A stretch of DNA of 64,000 nt, taken from an uncultured Dehalococcoidales bacterium. Its GTDB lineage: Bacteria; Chloroflexota; Dehalococcoidia; GIF9; AB-539-J10. The stretch's first letter is position 1, and each line of letters opens with the position of its first letter. The stretch spans positions 265-64,264 of the forward strand of contig CAZODZ010000003.1 in NCBI GenBank assembly GCA_964578745.1, given 5' to 3'. Shown piece by piece: positions 47,575 through 56,968 of this stretch. Both the position numbers and the translations under genes were made by a program. The notes beneath the pieces are model-generated. The model was not told the origin of the DNA and made no database searches. It was given only the letters and a program-made list of their open reading frames with translations.

Positions 47575-48599
47575 GCTGCCTTGAGGATACCCCCTCCGAG
47601 CACGGTTTCTCCATTGTACACGACAAGTGACTGCCCAGGGGCGACTGCTTTCTGTGGCTCATGGAATTTCACGTGCGCTGTGGTGCCCAGGACCTCTATG
47701 TCCGCAGCTACGGCTCGGGCGCGGTAGCGCACGCGTACCTCGCTACTGAATCTGTGGGAGGGGGCATGTCCGGCGATCCATGCGAGATCAGTGATGATAG
47801 CCGAGCCGGCATATAGTTCATGTTCGGGGCCGACCACGAGCTGGTTCTCTTCCGGGCGAATTGCTGTGACGTACGCAGGATAGCCGAGGGAGAGCTTGAG
47901 TCCGTGCCGCTGGCCGACCGTGTAGAACGGTAAGCCTCTGTGCTTTCCGAGAACACGGCGTGAACTGTCGACCACGGGTCCCGGCTGCGCTCCGACGCGT
48001 GCGGCGACGAAACTGTGATAGCTCCGGTCATTGATGAAACACAGGTCGGCGCTGGGCCTGCTGATGGGCAGGCCCAGCCCGGAGATGCGGGTATGCACGT
48101 CGGCCCGCATCATACGCCCAAGTGGCATGACTGTTCTCGCGAGTGCATTGTGCCCGACCCGGTAGAGGAAATAGGACTGGTCGGCCCTGTGGTCGACCCC
48201 TCTTAACAGACGCGTTCCTTCCACACTGTCTTCCGTGCGTGCGTAGTGGCCCGTTGCCATCAGGTCAGCCCCCAGTCGCCGCGCCTCTGCCAGCAGTGCA
48301 CCAAACTTGATAGCGGCGTTGCATCTGACGCACGGGTTGGGCGTTCGACCTTCTGCATATTCCGTGCAGAAAGGGTCGATCACATGGTATGCGAACTCTC
48401 TCGAGAGGTCGACCGTGTGCAACTGGATTCCAAGTAGTGTGGCAACGGCGAGGGCTGCGTTACTGTGCCCTTCCGTATGCGGGGAGCGACTGAACACAGC
48501 ATGTAGCGCGAAGACGTCAAACCCTTCTTCGAGGAGCATATGAGCTGCCAGTGCCGAATCCGCACCGCCGCTTAGTGCAACTGCAACACGCTGTGCCAT
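47568..48599 (-). CDS. mnmA: tRNA-specific 2-thiouridylase MnmA
   Basis: The internal ATG at 48599 gives a 343-aa protein with the PP-loop SGGADS near the N-terminus (VAVALSGGADSALAA) and the catalytic Cys region. The ORF-track 5' extension is rejected. Confidence 0.8.
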   Translation of the reverse strand: MAQRVAVALSGGADSALAAHMLLEEGFDVFALHAVFSRSPHTEGHSNAALAVATLLGIQLHTVDLSREFAYHVIDPFCTEYAEGRTPNPCVRCNAAIKFGALLAEARRLGADLMATGHYARTEDSVEGTRLLRGVDHRADQSYFLYRVGHNALARTVMPLGRMMRADVHTRISGLGLPISRPSADLCFINDRSYHSFVAARVGAQPGPVVDSSRRVLGKHRGLPFYTVGQRHGLKLSLGYPAYVTAIRPEENQLVVGPEHELYAGSAIITDLAWIAGHAPSHRFSSEVRVRYRARAVAADIEVLGTTAHVKFHEPQKAVAPGQSLVVYNGETVLGGGILKAAW

Positions 48600-48646
48600 G
48601 CTGAAGGTCTTTCCTGGGTCCGGTGGCTTGGTCGCAACGCGAGTTT

Positions 48647-49281
48647 TCAAGGTGTCGCAGCGTGTCCGAGGAGCCGCGCGACATGTGCCCAAACTGTATA
48701 TGCTGTCTCTTCGATGGGCTTCAGCCCGTTCAGCACCACCCACCGCTCCGACTCGGCGGTGGCGAGGGCGAGGTAGCCATCGCGCACGCGTCGGTGGAAG
48801 CCGTCGTCCTCCATCTCGAAGCGGTCGGGTGCCTTTCTCTTACGTTTCAATGCCTGTTCCGGCGGGACATCAAGCAGAAAGACGATATCCGGCCTGAGGC
48901 CCATTGTCGCGACGCTGTTCACAGCGTGAACTGTTGCCAATTCGATTCCGCGGCCGTATCCCTGGTAGGCAATGCTCGAAGCGGCGTACCGATCGCACAC
49001 TACGGTAGCCCCCGCCCGCAGCGCGGGAAGAAGGACCTCACGGGTCAGCTGAGCCCTGGCAGCGCCGAAGAGGAGCAGTTCAGTTGTCGGCTCGATTGAA
49101 GTTTTGCGGGACGTGATAAGCGCTCGCCTGAGTTCTTCGCCGATTGCAGTGCCGCCGGGTTCATATGTGGCGACTGCCTTATGTCCATTCTCTCTCAGGC
49201 GCCGCACAAGCCTATCAACCTGCGTGCTCTTGCCCGACCCTTCGCATCCCTCGAAGACGATAAACAGACCCGCGCGACTAG
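48647..49281 (-). CDS. tmk: Thymidylate kinase
   Basis: The P-loop FIVFEGCEGSGKSTQ and the DRY motif (DRYAASSIAYQG) are present. I propose a GTG start at 49281, which abuts the stop of the upstream gene. The longer ATG form (to 49342) would overlap it by 65 nt. Confidence 0.75.
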
Positions 49282-50789
49282 CGATGGCCACGGACCGCCT
49301 CTCTCCCTGAGCGCGAGCTGCCGTTGCCCCCGCCTCTTTCACCGCTCAGAAGCTGCTGCAATTGCTGCACGTAGCCGGCACGTGTCGGGCCCGGCGTGAT
49401 TGTGAGCAAGGCCTGCCGCAATTGCGACATGTCATTGTTCTTCAACACGTACACAGGTATACCGAGGGCTTCTGCATCACGTATCCTCTGTGACTTACGG
49501 CGGTAGTGTGTCCTAGTTGTCAGGAAGAGGTCCGATGCCTGTATATCGTCGACCAGCCGTATCGGCAGATGTTCCCGTCGCGCGGCGCTCTCCAGGCGTG
49601 AACGATTCACCCCGAAGGGGAACACGCGCACCGCCCGCGCCTCGTGTGCCGGCGCAAGAGGGTGCATGACGTGCTCGACCGCTTCCTCCCGCTCAGGAGA
49701 GACCAATTGAAGTTCGCGCTGCACGCGGTCCTGGGCGTCGACCCAGCGCAGTTCTGTACGCACCGGACGCTGGTGCAGGATGTTGTCGACCGCCTCCAGC
49801 ACGTTCTGATGGACCGCGACTCGATAGTAATCGAGAATTTCGACGACAACGTCGAATGTCGGAGGAGCCTTACGTTCAAGTACAGACTTCTGCGTGCCAC
49901 GGCGGCGCGCCTCTTCATCGCCGAGCGTAACGGTCTGTGTCCCTCCGACAAGGTCTGAAAGGGTTGGGTTCAATATCAGGTTCTCGAGTGAGTTTCCGTG
50001 TGCAGTGCCGACGAGCTGCACACCACGCTCGGCGATCGTGCGTGCTGCTTGTGCCTCGAGTTCCGTGCCTATCTCGTCGATGATGATTACTTCGGGCATG
50101 TGGTTCTCAACCGCCTCGATCATCACCGCGTGCTGCCGCTCGGGCACAGATACCTGCATGCGCCGAGCATGGCCGATAGCGGGATGAGGGATATCACCAT
50201 CGCCGGCAATCTCGTTCGACGTATCTATTATGATGACACGCCTGCCTGCATTGTCTGCAAGTATACGTGCAACCTCTCGCAACATCGTTGTCTTGCCTAC
50301 CCCGGGGCGGCCCAGCAGGAGGATGTTCTGCCCCGATTCGATGAGATCGGCTATCATGTCGACCATTCCGAACACAGCTCGCCCGACTCGGCAAGTGAGA
50401 CCGATTATAGTCCCCCGTCGGTTGCGGATGGCGGAGATGCGGTGCAGCGTACGTTCGATACCAGCTCTGTTGTCAGTTGTAAATGTGCCGATGCGGGAGA
50501 CCACGTACGCAATATCACTCTGGTTGACTTCCTTCGTGCCGATGCGGACTGTGCCTCTGGGGAGACGGGCCTCGGGTACCGAGCCGAGATCAAGCACGAT
50601 CTCTAGGAGTTCGTTCAGGTCGGGTTGTTGGCACAAAGGCTCACGGACATACGCGGGAAGAACGTCCAACAGAGCGTCCAGATCGTCAGCTACTATCTGT
50701 CGCAAATGTATCCTGTTACCAGCCTCGTGAAGAAAGCAGTTCCTGCTGCGGTATCGACGCAATCTCGAGCCCGGGCATGGCTTCTCCAA
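49278..50789 (-). CDS. AAA-type ATPase with a C-terminal nucleic-acid-binding region (ycf45/SpoIIIAA-like, R3H-domain family)
   Basis: P-loop [17 protein letters not shown] and Walker B IIIDEIGT are present. The true start may be the TTG at 50705, which would avoid a 74-nt overlap with pdxS. Confidence 0.55.
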   Translation of the reverse strand: MEKPCPGSRLRRYRSRNCFLHEAGNRIHLRQIVADDLDALLDVLPAYVREPLCQQPDLNELLEIVLDLGSVPEARLPRGTVRIGTKEVNQSDIAYVVSRIGTFTTDNRAGIERTLHRISAIRNRRGTIIGLTCRVGRAVFGMVDMIADLIESGQNILLLGRPGVGKTTMLREVARILADNAGRRVIIIDTSNEIAGDGDIPHPAIGHARRMQVSVPERQHAVMIEAVENHMPEVIIIDEIGTELEAQAARTIAERGVQLVGTAHGNSLENLILNPTLSDLVGGTQTVTLGDEEARRRGTQKSVLERKAPPTFDVVVEILDYYRVAVHQNVLEAVDNILHQRPVRTELRWVDAQDRVQRELQLVSPEREEAVEHVMHPLAPAHEARAVRVFPFGVNRSRLESAARREHLPIRLVDDIQASDLFLTTRTHYRRKSQRIRDAEALGIPVYVLKNNDMSQLRQALLTITPGPTRAGYVQQLQQLLSGERGGGNGSSRSGREAVRGHR

Positions 50790-51597
50790 GTCCCTTCGAC
50801 ACGCGTGCTAGGACTTCGGGATCCTGATAGTGTGTCACCGCCTCAACAATCGCCTTTGCACGAGCGCTGGGATTGCTCGACTTGAATATGCCGGAGCCCA
50901 CGAAGACTCCATCCGCGCCCAGCTGCATCATGAGGGCCGCGTCAGCGGGCGTCGCCACTCCGCCTGCCGCGAAGTTGACTACCGGCAGCCTGCCTGTCTC
51001 GTGAAGGTCCATCACCAGCTGCAGTGGTGCGCCCAGCAGTTTCGCCTCGGTCACCAGTTCTTCCCTGGGCAGAGACTTGACACGGCGTATGCCATCCTGC
51101 ACCGCACGCATGTGGCGCACGGCCTCCACTATGTTACCAGTGCCTGCCTCTCCCTTGGTGCGGATCATGGCGGCACCCTCCGCGATACGGCGCAGCGCCT
51201 CTCCGAGGTCGCGGCAGCCGCACACGAACGGTACGCGGAATTCGTGTTTCCACACGTGGAAGCTCTCGTCCGCAGGAGTGAGCACCTCCGATTCGTCGAT
51301 GAAATCGACCCCGAGAGCCTCTAGGACCTGTGCCTCAACGAAGTGACCTATACGGCATTTTGCCATAACGGGAATGCTCACTGCTTCCATTATCGCGGTG
51401 ATTACCGTCGGGTCGGCCATGCGTGCGACCCCACCGGCGGCCCGGATATCGGCTGGCACCCGCTCGAGGGCCATCACGGCACATGCACCTGCGTCCTCGG
51501 CTATGCGAGCCTGTTCTGGTGTGACCACATCCATGATAACCCCGCCCTTGAGGGATTGGGCGAGACCACTCTTTGTCCTGAACGTGCTCTTCTCCAT
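50716..51597 (-). CDS. pdxS: Pyridoxal 5'-phosphate synthase lyase subunit PdxS
   Basis: 293 aa with GGVIMDVV...[20 protein letters not shown], the canonical PdxS/SNZ sequence. Confidence 0.9.
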   Translation of the reverse strand: MEKSTFRTKSGLAQSLKGGVIMDVVTPEQARIAEDAGACAVMALERVPADIRAAGGVARMADPTVITAIMEAVSIPVMAKCRIGHFVEAQVLEALGVDFIDESEVLTPADESFHVWKHEFRVPFVCGCRDLGEALRRIAEGAAMIRTKGEAGTGNIVEAVRHMRAVQDGIRRVKSLPREELVTEAKLLGAPLQLVMDLHETGRLPVVNFAAGGVATPADAALMMQLGADGVFVGSGIFKSSNPSARAKAIVEAVTHYQDPEVLARVSKGLGEAMPGLEIASIPQQELLSSRGW

Positions 51598-51706
51598 GGC
51601 GTTATTATAGGTCAGCCTCCCGAGGGACGCAAAGCCTCCGCCGTTACAGGAAGTAAGCGGCCGGACCGGGTTCAGGCCAGCCGAGGGTCGTATTGTTGAC
51701 AGGTGT

Positions 51707-52897
51707 CTAGCCTTTCTCGTTGCCTGCGATGATTACGCTCACGCTGGCGGTTGCCGGTGTACCTCCAAGATTATGGGTCAGGCCGAGCTTGGGGTTCTTA
51801 ACCTGGCGCTTGTCGGCTTTTCCCTGAAGCTGCTTGTAGACCTCATACATCATGCGGAGACCGCTCGCGCCGATGGGATGCCCGAAGCATTTCAGTCCGC
51901 CGTCTGTATTCACCGGCAGGCCACCCTCAAGTGTGAAGAACCCCGATTCCACGTCTTCCGGCGCCTTTCCCCGCTCGCTGAACTTGAGGTCCTCCATGAT
52001 GACCAGCTCGGTGATGGTGAAGCAGTCGTGCACCTCGGCGATGCTTATCTCCTCGCGAGGGTTCTTGATACCCGCCTCTGCGTAGGCACGTTCGCCGGCC
52101 CTCACGGTTTCTTCAACGTGGGTCCAGTCGAACTTCGGGTTCATGTATCCTTCGTATGGGCCGACCGCGATCTGGAGCGCCTTCAGGTAGATTGGGTCGG
52201 GTCGGAAGTTCTTCGCCATGTCTGCACGCGTCACGATTGCTGCGGCAGCGCCGTCACTTACGCCGCAACAGTCGAACAGCCCGAGTGGCCACGCCACCAT
52301 CGGTGCCGCAAGCACCTTCTCCAGTGTGACCTCCGACTGGAAGTGCGCCTTGGGCGCAAGCGCGCCGTTGTGGTGGTTCTTGACGGCGATCTGACCAATG
52401 ATGCGCTTTCCTTCCTCCGGGCTGAGGCCGTACCTGTCGAAGTATTTGGTTGCCATCATGGCGAAATGTCCCGGCGGGCTGTATGTGCGGGTCCTGTACG
52501 TATTCTGCTGCCGGCGGAACAACTCGAAGTCGGGGAGTCCGCTGTATCCAGAGTCCTTGAGCTTCTCCACTCCGACGGCAAGAGCAATGTCGCACGCTCC
52601 GGAGGCGACCGCATAGCAAGCGTTGCGCAGTGCGTCCGACCCGGTTGCGCAGGCGTTCTCGACACGTGTGACAGGTATGTAGTCGAGCTTGAGCGCGCGT
52701 GACAGCATCTGTCCGGTCCATTCGGTCACATATGTTCCGAGCCACGCGGCCTGGATGTCCTTCGGGTCGATACCTGCGTCCTCGTAGGCCTCGTAGACGC
52801 TGTCGACTATCATGTCGTCGGCGCTCTTATCCCAGTTTTCTCCGAACTTGGAGCAACCCATCCCGATGATTGCTACCCTGTCCTTGATTCCGTCCAT
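51707..52897 (-). CDS. Thiolase-like protein (archaeal-type acetyl-CoA C-acetyltransferase / SCP-x thiolase family)
   Basis: 396 aa with the N-terminal [13 protein letters not shown] and active-site Cys/His regions ([17 protein letters not shown]). Confidence 0.8.
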   Translation of the reverse strand: MDGIKDRVAIIGMGCSKFGENWDKSADDMIVDSVYEAYEDAGIDPKDIQAAWLGTYVTEWTGQMLSRALKLDYIPVTRVENACATGSDALRNACYAVASGACDIALAVGVEKLKDSGYSGLPDFELFRRQQNTYRTRTYSPPGHFAMMATKYFDRYGLSPEEGKRIIGQIAVKNHHNGALAPKAHFQSEVTLEKVLAAPMVAWPLGLFDCCGVSDGAAAAIVTRADMAKNFRPDPIYLKALQIAVGPYEGYMNPKFDWTHVEETVRAGERAYAEAGIKNPREEISIAEVHDCFTITELVIMEDLKFSERGKAPEDVESGFFTLEGGLPVNTDGGLKCFGHPIGASGLRMMYEVYKQLQGKADKRQVKNPKLGLTHNLGGTPATASVSVIIAGNEKG

Positions 52898-52931
52898 GAT
52901 TCACCTCATTTTTCTCGCTGGATGTGAGCCT

Positions 52932-54347
52932 CTAGTCTCTTTTGGGGCGTGCCTTCCACCAGTACGTGTAAAAGCCGCCGACATATCTCAGGATGCGGAA
53001 GACCATCTCGACCGGCATTCCTATCCTGACCTCTTCGGGGTCGCGGTCAGTCATGTCGATGGTGATCCTGCCTCCTCCTTCGAAGTCGACTGCCGCGACC
53101 GTGGTCGGCGGGTCGATGCTCGCGCCCAGCCTGTCGTGACTAAATGTAGCAAGAACCGCGGGCTTGTCCGAAAAACTGTAATCTTCGAAATTGTCTTTGG
53201 CGCCGCACTCCATGCAGACCCGCTGTGCCGGGTACTGAGGTGTCCCGCACACCTTGCACTTGACGCCGTGGAGGTCCAGCCCGCTCTTATTGTCGCGCCA
53301 GAGTGCAACAGGGGATGGCTGCTCAAGCGGAGCAGTCGCCGGCGGCTCAAGTTCGACTATTCGCCGCCAGCGGAGATACTTCTCGTATGTGGGGACCTGC
53401 AGCTTCGTGTTCAGGTAGTAGTCCATTCCCCTGGAGGGCTTGGCTGAGGCAATGCCATCCGTTGCGGTCAGCGTCAATACGTCGGAGCCGTTGCCGTAGG
53501 AGACAACGAGCATCTTGTCGCCCGGCGACGCTGACTCGAGAGCTGCCGCGAGAGAGATGAGCACCTGCGGGCTTCCCGTGTCACCAAATTCGTTGAAGTA
53601 CGTGTTCTGTACTCTCTCGGGGTCGAGCTTCAGCATCTTGGTGACCGAAGCAAGCTGTCTTGCATCAGGCGAGTACATCACTACTTTCGCGAAGGTGTCC
53701 AGCGACTGCCCGCTCTTCTCGAGCGCGGCGCGGATGGCCTGCGGGACGACGCGGCCGTGCCCGTCGTCCCTTACGAAGCGTACCTCCCACGTCTTCACGT
53801 AGCGCTCTCTATCAGACCGGAAGACGTCGATTATCTCATCGGACATCGTATACATCGAATCGATGCTTGCCACGACACCTTCGCTTCCAATGAGGTATGC
53901 CGCAGCGCCGTCGCCAAAGGCCATCTCGTTTCCGCCGTTGGGCATGCCAAGACGGCAGTCGGCAATGCACACAAGCACATTCCGTGCGGAGCCCGCGTTC
54001 ACCGCATCGACTGCGGCGCGCAGTGCGTTGGTCCCGCACCTGAGCGAGCCTCCGAAGTCACACGTGTACGTGCTGGTTGGCATATTGAGCACGGCGGCAA
54101 TCGTGGCGGCGCACTGCTTCTCCATGTAAGGCGCGGTAGTGGAGGCGAAGAACAATGCGTCGACCCTAGCCGTGTCCACTTTCTTGAGGCAGGCCTGTGC
54201 AGCGGCGACGGCCATTGTAAGGCTATCTTCGTCGTGTGCGGCAACAGCCTTCTCTCCCTTGCCACCGGTCCCCCAGGCACGGCCGATCTCGGCCCTGCTG
54301 AGTCGATAGAGCGGCAGGTAAGGTGCATATGAAACAATTCCTGTCAT
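52932..54347 (-). CDS. Hydroxymethylglutaryl-CoA synthase (archaeal/bacterial type) fused to a C-terminal DUF35 OB-fold/zinc-ribbon domain
   Basis: 471 aa. The N-terminal 350 aa are HMGCS-like (GIVSYAPYLPLYR, Cys in FFASTTAP...C, NGSD). The C-terminus has a CKVCG...CMECG zinc ribbon plus OB-fold, as in DUF35 proteins. Confidence 0.7.
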   Translation of the reverse strand: MTGIVSYAPYLPLYRLSRAEIGRAWGTGGKGEKAVAAHDEDSLTMAVAAAQACLKKVDTARVDALFFASTTAPYMEKQCAATIAAVLNMPTSTYTCDFGGSLRCGTNALRAAVDAVNAGSARNVLVCIADCRLGMPNGGNEMAFGDGAAAYLIGSEGVVASIDSMYTMSDEIIDVFRSDRERYVKTWEVRFVRDDGHGRVVPQAIRAALEKSGQSLDTFAKVVMYSPDARQLASVTKMLKLDPERVQNTYFNEFGDTGSPQVLISLAAALESASPGDKMLVVSYGNGSDVLTLTATDGIASAKPSRGMDYYLNTKLQVPTYEKYLRWRRIVELEPPATAPLEQPSPVALWRDNKSGLDLHGVKCKVCGTPQYPAQRVCMECGAKDNFEDYSFSDKPAVLATFSHDRLGASIDPPTTVAAVDFEGGGRITIDMTDRDPEEVRIGMPVEMVFRILRYVGGFYTYWWKARPKRD

Positions 54348-54393
54348 GTCGTTTTACTCCTTCCTTCAACGATCGAAGGCGCTGTGAGTCGGC

Positions 54394-55251
54394 CTATTTC
54401 TTGGAATAGTCGTACCATCCCTTGCCCGTCTTTCTGCCGAGGTGGCCGGCCTGAATCATCTTCTTCAGCACTAGTGGTGGCAGATATGCCGGGTCTTTTG
54501 TCTCTTCATATATGGCCATGCAGGCGTTGTAGTGGATGTCCAGGCCCACAAAGTCCATCAGGGTGAACGGTCCCATGGGGTAATTGAGACCCAATTGCAT
54601 CGCTTTATCGATATCCTCCATGCTCGCAAGGCCGCGTTCCCATTGCCTGATAGCGACCAAGGTGTATGGGAGATAGAGCTGGTTCACGATGAATCCTGGT
54701 GCGTCCTTGCAGACCACGGTCTCCTTGCCGACGGACGCGCCGAAGGCCACGCCGGCATCGACAACATCATCGCGTACCAGAAGTGTCCTGACGACCTCGA
54801 GTAGCTTCATGACCGGGACCGGGCTGAAGAAATGCAGTCCCAGCACTCTCTGCGGAGTCTTGATGGAGGTGGCTATCTCGGTTATGGGGAGCGACGATGT
54901 ATTGCTTGCGAGGATAGCGTCGGGAGAGCATATCTGCTCGAGTTCGGAGAAGACCCGCTTCTTCTCGTCCATCTTTTCCACTACAGCCTCGATGACGAGC
55001 TGACAGTCCTTGAGATCGCCGAGTCGCGTGGTTCCCGTGATCTTTCCGAGTGTAGCTGCACGCTCCTCCGCGGTGGCTTTTCCACGTTCGACCGCCTTCT
55101 GCGTTGAGGCTTCTATCCTGGAAATGCCTTTCTTGAGAAACTCGTCGTTGACCTCGGTCACGACGACGTTGTAACCTGCCCGGGCCGTTATCTCCGCGAT
55201 GCCGGACCCCATGAGTCCGCAGCCCACAATTCCTACCGTTTTGATGTCCAT
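54394..55251 (-). CDS. hbd: 3-hydroxybutyryl-CoA dehydrogenase
   Basis: 285 aa with the Rossmann VGIVGCGLMGSGIA and a 3HCDH N/C domain pattern. Confidence 0.85.
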   Translation of the reverse strand: MDIKTVGIVGCGLMGSGIAEITARAGYNVVVTEVNDEFLKKGISRIEASTQKAVERGKATAEERAATLGKITGTTRLGDLKDCQLVIEAVVEKMDEKKRVFSELEQICSPDAILASNTSSLPITEIATSIKTPQRVLGLHFFSPVPVMKLLEVVRTLLVRDDVVDAGVAFGASVGKETVVCKDAPGFIVNQLYLPYTLVAIRQWERGLASMEDIDKAMQLGLNYPMGPFTLMDFVGLDIHYNACMAIYEETKDPAYLPPLVLKKMIQAGHLGRKTGKGWYDYSKK

Positions 55252-55321
55252 GTCGCGTGTACCTCCTTGCGAACGAGACAGTATAGTACCGGAACCGGGC
55301 GCTTCCGCCCGGAGTGGATAG

Positions 55322-56089
55322 TCAGCCTATGAACACTCCGCCGTTGACGCTGAGCGTCTGCCCAGTGATGTACCCCGCCTCGTCTGAAGCGAGGAACAGG
55401 ATTGCTGCGGCGATCTCTTCAGGCTCTCCGAGTCGCTTCCACGGGACGGTCTTCTCATAGGCCTCAGCCAGCCTGGGCTTGTCCCTTCGGGTGACGTTCC
55501 ACATGTCGGTGTTAATCAGTCCCGGCGAGACGCAGTTGACGTTTATCTTGTAGCGCGCGAACTCCATCGCGAGGTTCCGCGTGAATGCGATGATGCCGCC
55601 CTTGGCTGCCCCGTACACGGCCTGCCCCGAGCTTCCAGCGCGGCCGGCGTCGGAGGCGACGTTGACAATCTTGCCGTACTGGCGTTCGACCATGCCGTCG
55701 AGTACCGCCCGGCAGAACACTATGTGGCTCAACAGGTTGACGTGGAGACACCTCTCCCAGCCGTCCTGTGTGCCCTCAAGGAAGCGCTCGACAAGGTGCA
55801 GCCCGGCGTTGTTGATAAGGATGTCGACCTTGCCCATCTCTTTGTTGGCGCGTTCCACCGCTGCGTATATCTGAGCGCTGTCGGAGATGTCCACGCTGAC
55901 GGCGAGGGCTCGGCGACCGAGTGCGCGAACCTCGTCGGCGACCTTCTCAAGGTCGGACAGAGTCCTGCTTGTAACAACAACGTCGGCGCCGTGGCGTGCG
56001 AATGCAAGTGCACACTGCCTGCCGATGCCGCGGCTTCCTCCGGTGATGAGGGCCACTCTGCCTTCGAGGGAGAACGACGTTGAATCCAT
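55322..56089 (-). CDS. SDR-family oxidoreductase (FabG-like)
   Basis: 255 aa with TGGSRGIG (TGxxxGxG), NNAG and YxxxK (YGAAKGG). Confidence 0.8.
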   Translation of the reverse strand: MDSTSFSLEGRVALITGGSRGIGRQCALAFARHGADVVVTSRTLSDLEKVADEVRALGRRALAVSVDISDSAQIYAAVERANKEMGKVDILINNAGLHLVERFLEGTQDGWERCLHVNLLSHIVFCRAVLDGMVERQYGKIVNVASDAGRAGSSGQAVYGAAKGGIIAFTRNLAMEFARYKINVNCVSPGLINTDMWNVTRRDKPRLAEAYEKTVPWKRLGEPEEIAAAILFLASDEAGYITGQTLSVNGGVFIG

Positions 56090-56174
56090 GCTTCCGGCTC
56101 CTTTCGAGGATTTGTACGTATCCTACCACACCGCGGGCGTTTCCATCGTACATGTCCGTCAGGCCATGCGGTGG

Positions 56175-56897
56175 TCATAGCGGATTTCTGGCAGGCATGC
56201 CCGGGCGGCGCGGAAAGCGTGCCGGCGTCGGGCCAGTCTTGCGGATGCAGATGAGGTGATGATTGCCGGGCAGCCCGGGGAGGTCCACGTCGATGCGTTC
56301 TTGGAGGTGTCCGCCCAACAGCGAAACAGCCGTTGTTGCGTGATCCAGCTCAGTCGAGGTGTCTCCTTTCTTCATCGCGATGAACAGCCCATCCCGTCGC
56401 ACGAACGGCAGTCCCAGTTCGACGAGTGTAGCAAGAGGGGCCACTGCCCGGGAGACAACCACGTCGAATGTTTCCCTCAGCGTTGCCTGGTGGCCCAACT
56501 CCTCTGCGCGTCCGTGGATCACGACAATGCCACTCAGCCCGAGGACATGGGTGATATGCCTCAGGAAATCCACCTTCTTGCCGGTTGCCTCGAGCAGGTA
56601 TACCTCGAGTTCGGGTATTGCTATCTTGAGCGGAATGCCTGGGAAGCCAGCCCCGGAGCCGATGTCGAGCAGTCGGGAATGCCGTAGAACCACCGGTTCG
56701 TGCTCCAGGGCGAGAACAACGCTGAGCGAATCAAGGAAGTGTCTCGTCTCGATCTCCCGGGGAGATGTGATAGACGTGAGGTTGAACCGCTCGTTCCACT
56801 CCAACAGTATCCGCATGTACTGCTCGAACCTAGCCATCTGGGGCGGGTCCAGCGGGTGGCCAATCAAGGAAGCACCTGCTGAGAGTGTCTGCATCAT
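56175..56897 (-). CDS. rsmG: 16S rRNA (guanine527-N7)-methyltransferase RsmG (GidB)
   Basis: 240 aa with LLDIGSGAGFPGIPLKI, the RsmG SAM-binding motif. Confidence 0.85.
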   Translation of the reverse strand: MMQTLSAGASLIGHPLDPPQMARFEQYMRILLEWNERFNLTSITSPREIETRHFLDSLSVVLALEHEPVVLRHSRLLDIGSGAGFPGIPLKIAIPELEVYLLEATGKKVDFLRHITHVLGLSGIVVIHGRAEELGHQATLRETFDVVVSRAVAPLATLVELGLPFVRRDGLFIAMKKGDTSTELDHATTAVSLLGGHLQERIDVDLPGLPGNHHLICIRKTGPTPARFPRRPGMPARNPL

Positions 56898-56968
56898 ATT
56901 GTACTCTGTGGATGCCGTTCTCTATCGAATAATGAAAACGTTTGCGTGCACAGTGGTGCTGCGTTATT

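Noticed and set aside
51773-52702. 309-aa plus-strand ORF antisense to the thiolase gene
   Set aside because: It is antisense to a gene with clear thiolase motifs.
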